This document shows positions 57,850 to 64,000 of a stretch of DNA of 64,000 nucleotides, piece by piece. Position 1 is the stretch's first letter, and each line of letters starts with the position of its first letter. A program made the translations under genes and the position numbers. The stretch is taken from positions 27,182 to 91,181 of the forward strand of contig JBFLZY010000002.1 of the NCBI GenBank assembly GCA_040755975.1, in the 5' to 3' direction. Source of the stretch: Bacillota bacterium. GTDB lineage: Bacteria; Bacillota; Desulfotomaculia; Desulfotomaculales; Nap2-2B. The notes below the pieces were generated by a model. That model searched no databases and was not told the origin of the DNA. It saw only the letters and a program-made list of their open reading frames with translations.

Positions 57850-58782
57850 ATGAACGAATATATACCCACGATTATTGCCGGGACACTGGCCGGTACCGCG
57901 GCCCGGCTGGTGATGCTGCACGTCGACTACCGCCAGTACCCCGGCTACCCGCACGGCTACGTCACGCACCTCTCACTTGGCTTCATCGCGGCGGCGCTGG
58001 GTGCGGTGGCCGTCCCCGCCATTTTAAAGCCCGATTATACGGCCGTTACTTTTCTGGCCCTGGCCGCCACCCAGTTTCGGGAAGTCCGCAGCATCGAGCG
58101 CAAAACCTTAGAACACCTCGATGAAAAGGAACTGGTGAAGAGAGGGAGCGATTACATCGAAGGGATTGCCAGGACCTTTGAGGCCAGAAACTACCTGGTC
58201 ATGCTCACCTCCCTGCTCACCAGCATTGCCTTTCAGCTGGGCCAGGCGCCGGCCGCCCTGCTCATCGCCCTTTTAACCATCGCCTTCAGCCGCAGTTTGA
58301 TGGCCGGGGAGACGATCGGCGACATCTGCTCGGTGGTGCCGGCCAGACTGTGGTTTAAAAACACCGTGCTGATGGTCGACGAGATCGGTATGATGACGGT
58401 CGGCTTGAAGGAAATGCGGGAAAAAATCTTGCGGGAAGGCCTGGCGGTGCTGATTATTCCGAAAGATCCCAACGCCCGGGCGACGATCCACGACCTGGGC
58501 CAGCGGGCCGCCATCGCCCACACCGCCGCGGTGATTATGGGCACCAAAAAGGACGTCGACATCCCCGAGTTTACCCCGGTGGCGCGCAAAAACCCGGACA
58601 CCGGCGCGGTCGGCCTGTATATCGTGCCGGTGGAGAAGGATCTGGAAGCCTTGATTCTGGCCGTCAAACGCACCCCCGTCCTGGAAAGCGCCCGCTCCAA
58701 GCCTTTAAAAACCGAGGCCGGACGCCTGGCCAGTTTCGGTCGGCGGTCGGCGGTAGGCAGACGTCAGAAAAAAATATCGTGA
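57850..58782 (+). CDS. YIEGIA family protein
   Basis: Literal SDYIEGIARTF motif. Hydrophobic N-terminal half and a soluble C-terminal half. Confidence 0.8.
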   Translation: MNEYIPTIIAGTLAGTAARLVMLHVDYRQYPGYPHGYVTHLSLGFIAAALGAVAVPAILKPDYTAVTFLALAATQFREVRSIERKTLEHLDEKELVKRGSDYIEGIARTFEARNYLVMLTSLLTSIAFQLGQAPAALLIALLTIAFSRSLMAGETIGDICSVVPARLWFKNTVLMVDEIGMMTVGLKEMREKILREGLAVLIIPKDPNARATIHDLGQRAAIAHTAAVIMGTKKDVDIPEFTPVARKNPDTGAVGLYIVPVEKDLEALILAVKRTPVLESARSKPLKTEAGRLASFGRRSAVGRRQKKIS

Positions 58783-59013
58783 TTGCGTTGGGTAAATCCA
58801 TTTTTTTGGGGAAGTGGTTTTTTGGGTGAGCGGGAAGGCAAGCGCATCCTCGCGGTGGTTACTTTGAACATGGATCAGGTGGCGGGCGGCGCCCCTATTT
58901 TTTTTGCCCGCAGCGAGGAGGAAAGGGAGCGCATCGCCATGTACATCGCCAAGACGCTGGACGCCATGGTGCACGATTTAGAAAACGGCACGTACATTAT
59001 CGTCCGGCACTGA
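58783..59013 (+). CDS. small partner protein of YIEGIA (annotated in some genomes as a capping-complex subunit; from memory)
   Basis: Abuts the YIEGIA stop. The true start may be TTG ~58822. Product is ~60-76 aa and acidic: ...ILAVVTLNMDQVAGGAPIFFARSEEERERIA... Confidence 0.55.
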   Translation: MRWVNPFFWGSGFLGEREGKRILAVVTLNMDQVAGGAPIFFARSEEERERIAMYIAKTLDAMVHDLENGTYIIVRH

Positions 59014-59171
59014 CGCTTTCCCCTTTTTATTATTACGATTGCGCTGCTTTACCTAGGATGATAAAATAACAAAAGTAAAGCAGGAAAACTGGCAATGCCG
59101 GGTGGAAACCAACGGGTGTTACAATACTGGAGTACACAGGTATTGTTTTTAAAGGAGAAGCTATCCATTAA

Positions 59172-60488
59172 ATGATCCAGGAGGGCCTTACCGTAGAAAA
59201 AGTTTCTCCCGGCGGCATTGCCCACCAGCTGGGAGTGGAGCCGGGCGACCGGGTTGTCCGGATTAACGGGCAGCCGGTGCGGGATATAATAGACTACAGG
59301 TTTCTTAGCTGCAGTGAAAAATTAAATGTGTTGCTGGTCAAGGCCGGCGGCGAAAAATGGCTGCTGGCGGTCGAAAAGGATTACGAAGAGGGCCTCGGGG
59401 TGGAATTTGGCCCCAACGAACTGGGGCGGATCAGGCGCTGCCGGAACCGGTGCATTTTTTGTTTTCTGGACCAGATGCCGAAGGGCATGCGCGACACCCT
59501 TTATTTTAACGATGACGACTATCGCCTCTCGTTTATCCAGGGGAACTTCGTTACCCTCACCAATGTCACCGGGCGGGATCTGGAGCGGATTGCCGGGCAG
59601 CGTTTAAGCCCCTTATACATCTCGGTGCATGCGACCAACCCGGTTTTGCGGGCGAAAATGCTTAATAACCCGCGCGCGAAAAAAATTATGGAGCAGCTTG
59701 CCTACCTGGCCGGCGCCGGCATCCAGATGCACACCCAGGTCGTCCTCTGTCCGGGGATCAACGACGGACCGGAGCTGGCGCGCACAATCGGCGATCTTTA
59801 CGGCCTGTGGCCGGCGGTCCGCTCCGTGGCGGTGGTGCCCGTCGGCCTGACCCGCTACCGGAATGATCTGTACCCTTTGCGCACGTATACTAAACAGGAA
59901 GCGCAAAAAGTAATCGCTTTGGTGAAAAAATGGCAGCGCGCCTGCCGGCGGCGCGGGGGCAATCCCTTTGTCTTTGCCGGCGACGAATTTTATCTCCTGG
60001 CCGGGGAGCCCATTCCGCCGGCCAAAGACTACGCTGGTTTTCCCCAGGCGGAGAACGGTATCGGTCTGGTCAGGCTTTTTCTCGACGAGTGGGCGAAAGC
60101 GGCCGGGAAATTGCCCGCCCGGCTGCCGGCGCCCAGGAAGGTTACGCTTGTCACGGGTAAACTGGGGGAACAAGTATTAAAACCGGTAGCCGAACGCCTT
60201 AATAAAATGGAAAATTTAACAGTCCGGCTCGTTGGGATAACCAACCGCTTCTTTGGGGAAAAAGTAACTGTAGCGGGGCTGTTGACGGCAAGGGACTTGT
60301 TGTCCGCCTTGGCGGGCCGGGACCCGGGCGATCTCTTGATCATTCCCGCGGTGATGCTGCGCGAAGAAGACGGGCTTTTTTTGGACGATGTACCCTTTTT
60401 GGAGTTTGCCCGCCGCCTGGGCTTCCCGGTGGCGAAAGCAAGGGGGCCGGAAGAGCTTTGCCGGCAGTTAACGGGCAGCAATTGGTAA
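59172..60488 (+). CDS. DUF512 protein (PDZ + radical-SAM-like CxxxCxxC)
   Basis: N-terminal PDZ-like ([19 protein letters not shown]), the CRNRCIFC motif, and the conserved position upstream of der. Confidence 0.8.
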   Translation: MIQEGLTVEKVSPGGIAHQLGVEPGDRVVRINGQPVRDIIDYRFLSCSEKLNVLLVKAGGEKWLLAVEKDYEEGLGVEFGPNELGRIRRCRNRCIFCFLDQMPKGMRDTLYFNDDDYRLSFIQGNFVTLTNVTGRDLERIAGQRLSPLYISVHATNPVLRAKMLNNPRAKKIMEQLAYLAGAGIQMHTQVVLCPGINDGPELARTIGDLYGLWPAVRSVAVVPVGLTRYRNDLYPLRTYTKQEAQKVIALVKKWQRACRRRGGNPFVFAGDEFYLLAGEPIPPAKDYAGFPQAENGIGLVRLFLDEWAKAAGKLPARLPAPRKVTLVTGKLGEQVLKPVAERLNKMENLTVRLVGITNRFFGEKVTVAGLLTARDLLSALAGRDPGDLLIIPAVMLREEDGLFLDDVPFLEFARRLGFPVAKARGPEELCRQLTGSNW

Positions 60489-60576
60489 TCGGGGAGGGGG
60501 AATTAGACCCCTCCAGCCTGGCGTAAGAAGACATTCTGTTTATTCTCGCGAAATGTTTTTGGGTGGGAGCTGTTTT

Positions 60577-61887
60577 ATGTCCAGACCGGTTGTGGCCATC
60601 GTGGGCCGGCCGAACGTGGGCAAATCAACTTTATTTAACCGGCTGGTAGGAGAACGGGTGGCCATTGTCGAAGAAAAACCGGGGGTTACCCGGGATCGCC
60701 TGTACAAGGACGTGGAATGGAGCGGGCGGGTTTTTACTCTGGTAGACACCGGCGGCCTCGACTTTCAGGAAACGAACGAAATTTCCGAAAAGACGCGCCG
60801 CCAGGTGGAGTTGGCCATTGCCGAGGCCGACGTCCTTCTCTTTTTAGTTGACGCCCGCGCCGGCCTTACCCCCGCCGACGAGGAAATTGCGCAGGCCCTG
60901 CGGCGCTCCGAAAAACCTGTTTTGCTGGTTGCCAACAAGGCGGAAAAATTTGCCGGGGAGCACTTTGACTTTTTTCGCCTGGGCCTAGGCGAGCCCTTTC
61001 CCGTATCGGCTGCGTTGGGGCTGAATACCGGTGATTTACTGGATAAAATTTTACACGCGCTGCCCGCCCCAAAAGAAGAAAAAGATTCAGAGGAAGCAAT
61101 CAGGATTGCCGTGGTGGGCAGGCCAAACGTCGGAAAGTCTTCTCTGGTGAACAGGATTTTGGGATTTGAGCGCGTAATTGTCAGCGCGCGGCCGGGGACC
61201 ACCCGGGACGCCGTCGATACCCCGTTTAAACACGCCGGGCGCCGCTTTTTACTGGTGGATACCGCCGGGATCCGGCGGAAGAGCAAAATAGACGAGGCCA
61301 CGGAAAGATACAGCGTCATGCGCGCCTTAAAGGCGATTGACGTTTGCGACGTTGCGCTGGTCATGCTGGACGCCCTGGAAGGAGTGACCGAGCAGGATAA
61401 ACGCATCGCCGGTTACGTGCACGAAAAAGGGAAGGCCAGCATTTTGGTGGTCAACAAATGGGATTTGCTGAAAAAAGACGCGCGGACGGCGGACCGTTAC
61501 CGGGAGGCCGTTTATCGAGAACTGCTTTTTCTGGACTACGCCCCCGTTGCTTTTATTTCCGCGCTCACCGGCCGAGGGGTGCCCCAATTGTTGAACCTGG
61601 CAACGCGCGCGGGGGAGGAATTCAGCCGCACGGTGGGCACAGGCCCTTTAAACAATCTCCTGGCCGCCGCCCAGTTGCGCTTTCCGCCCCCCGCCCACAA
61701 AGGAAAAAGGTTGAAGATATTTTACGGCACGCAGGTAAAATCCCGGCCCCCGACGTTTGGGCTGTTTGTTAACGATCCGGATTTAATGCATTTTTCCTAC
61801 TTGCGCTACCTGGAAAACCAGCTCAGGCAGGCTTACGGCTTTGCCGGCACCCCGCTCCGGTTTGTCCTGCGCCGGCGCCGGGGATAA
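60577..61887 (+). CDS. der: ribosome-biogenesis GTPase Der (EngA)
   Basis: ORF 60553-61887. Two G domains (GRPNVGKST and GRPNVGKSS) plus a KH-like C-terminus. Confidence 0.95.
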   Translation: MSRPVVAIVGRPNVGKSTLFNRLVGERVAIVEEKPGVTRDRLYKDVEWSGRVFTLVDTGGLDFQETNEISEKTRRQVELAIAEADVLLFLVDARAGLTPADEEIAQALRRSEKPVLLVANKAEKFAGEHFDFFRLGLGEPFPVSAALGLNTGDLLDKILHALPAPKEEKDSEEAIRIAVVGRPNVGKSSLVNRILGFERVIVSARPGTTRDAVDTPFKHAGRRFLLVDTAGIRRKSKIDEATERYSVMRALKAIDVCDVALVMLDALEGVTEQDKRIAGYVHEKGKASILVVNKWDLLKKDARTADRYREAVYRELLFLDYAPVAFISALTGRGVPQLLNLATRAGEEFSRTVGTGPLNNLLAAAQLRFPPPAHKGKRLKIFYGTQVKSRPPTFGLFVNDPDLMHFSYLRYLENQLRQAYGFAGTPLRFVLRRRRG

Positions 61888-62041
61888 AGGGGGCAAAAAG
61901 CAGGTTTTAGTGATGCCTGCCCTGAAAATAGGCTTTCGCCCGCCGTTCGTTTGCCGTCGCTCCGATGCTGCGGGCATCCCCTGTTGGTTCCGCGAAAAAA
62001 CGGCATGGGGGTCTAATTCCTGGTTTAAGGGGGGTGTTCTG

Positions 62042-62626
62042 GTGAAGCTGCTTTTGCTTGTCCTGATCAGCTATTTAATTGGCGCGATTCCGATCGGTTA
62101 CCTGGTGGCCCGCTCGAAAGGGATCGACATCCGGCGGCGCGGCAGCGGCAATATCGGCACAACCAACGTCTGGCGCAACCTGGGACCCGCGGCGGGGCTG
62201 CTGGTTTTAGCCGGGGATGCGCTAAAAGGAGTTGTCGCCGTCCTTTTGGGCCGTTACCTGGCGGGGGGCGACGCCCAGTTGCTCACCGCCCTGGCGGCGC
62301 TGGTGGGACACTCCTGGTCGATTTTTTTAGGCTTTCAGGGGGGGAAAATCATCGCCACCACCCTGGGGGTTTTTATCCTCGTCGATCCGCTGGTAATGGC
62401 GATCGGGTTGGGGCTCTGGCTGCTGGTGGTGGGCGCCTCCTGTTACGTGTCGCTGGGCTCGATTATAGCCTCCGCCTCCCTGCCGGTATTAATGCTGGTG
62501 CTGGCCCGTCCCTGGACTTATGTGCTCTTTGCGCTGGCGACGGCGGCAATCGCCGTCTACAAGCACTTGCCGAATATCCGACGCCTTTTGGCGGGCACGG
62601 AGTCCAGAATAGGGCGCTTCTGGTGA
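62042..62626 (+). CDS. plsY: glycerol-3-phosphate acyltransferase PlsY
   Basis: ORF 61841-62626; GTG 62042 follows AAGGGGGG. Motifs GSGNIGTTN and HSWSIFLGFQGGK. Confidence 0.9.
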   Translation: MKLLLLVLISYLIGAIPIGYLVARSKGIDIRRRGSGNIGTTNVWRNLGPAAGLLVLAGDALKGVVAVLLGRYLAGGDAQLLTALAALVGHSWSIFLGFQGGKIIATTLGVFILVDPLVMAIGLGLWLLVVGASCYVSLGSIIASASLPVLMLVLARPWTYVLFALATAAIAVYKHLPNIRRLLAGTESRIGRFW

Positions 62627-62668
62627 GCGGCGGATTTTGGCACGCTTAGATGCGGGATGGGATGAACG

Positions 62669-63673
62669 GTGCAAAAAATAGCCGTTTTGGGCGGCGGCAG
62701 TTGGGGTACCGCCCTGGCCGTACTTTTAAGTAAAAAAGTGCGTCAGGTGGCACTTTGGGTAAAAAGAGATGAGTTGGCCGAAGAAATCAACAGGGGAGAA
62801 AACGTCCGTTATCTTCCGGGCGTTTTTATTCCTGAAAACGTCCGGGCAACAGGCGACCTGCCGGGTGTGCTGGCCGGGGCGGAAGCAGTGCTCTTTGCTG
62901 TGCCTTCCCACGCCTTTCGGGACGTCTTGCGCCGGGCTCTGCCCGGGCTGCCCCGCCGGGTGCCGCTGATCAACGCGGCCAAGGGTATAGAAGAAAACAC
63001 TTTGCTGCGGATGTCGGAAGTTTTTCTTGAAGAGGCCGGTGGTGAGCTCGTCCGGTTATACGTCATCCTGTCCGGCCCCAGCCACGCCGAGGAAGTCTGG
63101 CGGGGAATGCCCACGGCCGTGGTGTGTGCAAGTTTTTCCCCGGAGGCGGGGAGGGCCGCCCAGGATCTTTTGATGACGGAGAGTTTTCGTGTTTATACCA
63201 GCCCCGACGTAAAGGGCGTAGAGCTGGGCGGGGCGCTGAAGAACATTATCGCCCTGGGCACGGGTATTGCCGACGGGCTGGGGTTTGGCGACAATACCAA
63301 GGCAGCCCTGATGACCCGCGGGCTGGCCGAAATTACCCGCCTGGGGGCCGCCATGGGCGCCGACCCCCGCACGTTTGCCGGCCTGGCCGGGGCGGGCGAT
63401 TTAATTGTCACCTGCACCAGTATGCACAGCCGGAACCGGCGCGCCGGCATGGCGATCGGGAAAGGAAAGTCGTTGGCGGAAGCGCTGTTGGAAGTGAAAA
63501 TGGTGGTGGAAGGAGTGCGCACGACCCGCGCGGCGCGCCAGCTGGCCTTGCGCCACAAGGTGGAGATGCCGATCACCGAGCAGATTTACCAGGTTTTGTT
63601 TGCCGGCCTCTCGCCGCGGGCAGCGGTGATTAATTTAATGACCAGGGATCCCCGCAGTGAATTGGAATACTAA
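62669..63673 (+). CDS. gpsA: NAD(P)H-dependent glycerol-3-phosphate dehydrogenase
   Basis: [20 protein letters not shown], and a typical GpsA C-terminus. Confidence 0.95.
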   Translation: MQKIAVLGGGSWGTALAVLLSKKVRQVALWVKRDELAEEINRGENVRYLPGVFIPENVRATGDLPGVLAGAEAVLFAVPSHAFRDVLRRALPGLPRRVPLINAAKGIEENTLLRMSEVFLEEAGGELVRLYVILSGPSHAEEVWRGMPTAVVCASFSPEAGRAAQDLLMTESFRVYTSPDVKGVELGGALKNIIALGTGIADGLGFGDNTKAALMTRGLAEITRLGAAMGADPRTFAGLAGAGDLIVTCTSMHSRNRRAGMAIGKGKSLAEALLEVKMVVEGVRTTRAARQLALRHKVEMPITEQIYQVLFAGLSPRAAVINLMTRDPRSELEY

Positions 63674-63704
63674 ACACTTTACGTTTCCGTTGGCACTTCC
63701 CATC

Positions 63705-63973
63705 GGGCTGGGATTTATCCAGCTCGCTCCGCTGCTGCGGGCCGACGAGACAGCAGCTTGGTTTGGAGCGAACCAGGCAGCGCTGCAAAATGCGCACGGC
63801 ACATTGGCTTTCTTGTCTCGCTAAACGGTACAGCGCTACCCCAGTTTCTGATCATCATGGTATCTGCGCGTTTCGCGCTGCCGGTTCGCTTACCTCACCT
63901 GCGCCGTGTCTCGTTACCGGCCCTCCGCATATGTCGCTCGCCCGGATAAATCCCAGCCCTCTTTTCTCTTTTT
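63705..63973 (+). ncRNA. candidate structured RNA or MITE-like element: ~255-nt imperfect palindrome closed by a 16-bp perfect helix and followed by a T-tract
   Basis: GGGCTGGGATTTATCC (63705-20) pairs with GGATAAATCCCAGCCC (63944-59), then TCTTTTCTCTTTTT. The interior halves are partly self-complementary. Confidence 0.4.
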
Positions 63974-64000
63974 ACATCCTGAGTTTAATCTCCACATGTT

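Noticed and set aside
63758-63949. The 63-aa ORF inside the terminal palindrome.
   Set aside because: It has no RBS and an odd composition, and it is entirely explained by the inverted-repeat structure.

Overview
This 64-kb window looks like a high-GC chromosome segment from an endospore-forming anaerobic Firmicute. Hand counts of core genes give about 60% GC, and the gene content resembles Peptococcaceae / Desulfotomaculum-Pelotomaculum-type genomes; no database search was possible. There are about 55 genes, almost all on the + strand. (1) 0.1-9.8 kb is a self-contained sigma-54 regulon: a PrpR_N-type enhancer-binding protein, two -24/-12 promoters and shared TTTCA-N3-TGAAA sites. It drives an acyl-CoA ligase and an hbd-acd-thiolase-crotonase-esterase operon. 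(2) 10-18.6 kb holds a Liv-type ABC importer with an acyl-CoA synthetase gene embedded between the permease and ATPase genes, followed by a chemoreceptor. (3) 18.7-31.9 kb is one tightly packed + strand gene string. It runs AbfD-family [4Fe-4S]/FAD dehydratase, DUF362, nitroreductase-fold protein, two poly-ferredoxins, a Cys-rich hypothetical, an AT-rich monoacylglycerol-lipase-like hydrolase, glpK-glpABC, and a second AbfD paralog overlapping glpC. This is my best candidate for an undescribed pathway or system. (4) 32-37 kb carries nadABC and a soluble CZB chemoreceptor. (5) 37.1-45.4 kb is a mosaic accessory region: a decapitated thiolase, an AT-rich ACAD/hbd2/IclR block, a partial ylzJ-tepA duplication, ISLre2-like and TnpB fragments, a 156-nt nested hairpin, a G16 tract, a tautomerase, a nitroreductase and a PNPOx-fold protein. 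(6) 45.4-63.7 kb is a conserved core/sporulation neighbourhood: ylzJ-tepA, GT4 plus an amylo-1,6-glucosidase-like protein, aroA, cmk, plsC, an ispH::S1 fusion, DUF1614, spoIIP, YIEGIA plus a small partner, DUF512, der, plsY and gpsA. It is followed by a ~270-nt imperfect palindrome ending in a T-tract. I saw no rRNA, tRNA or CRISPR array. All calls rest on reading motifs in the supplied translations and the DNA.
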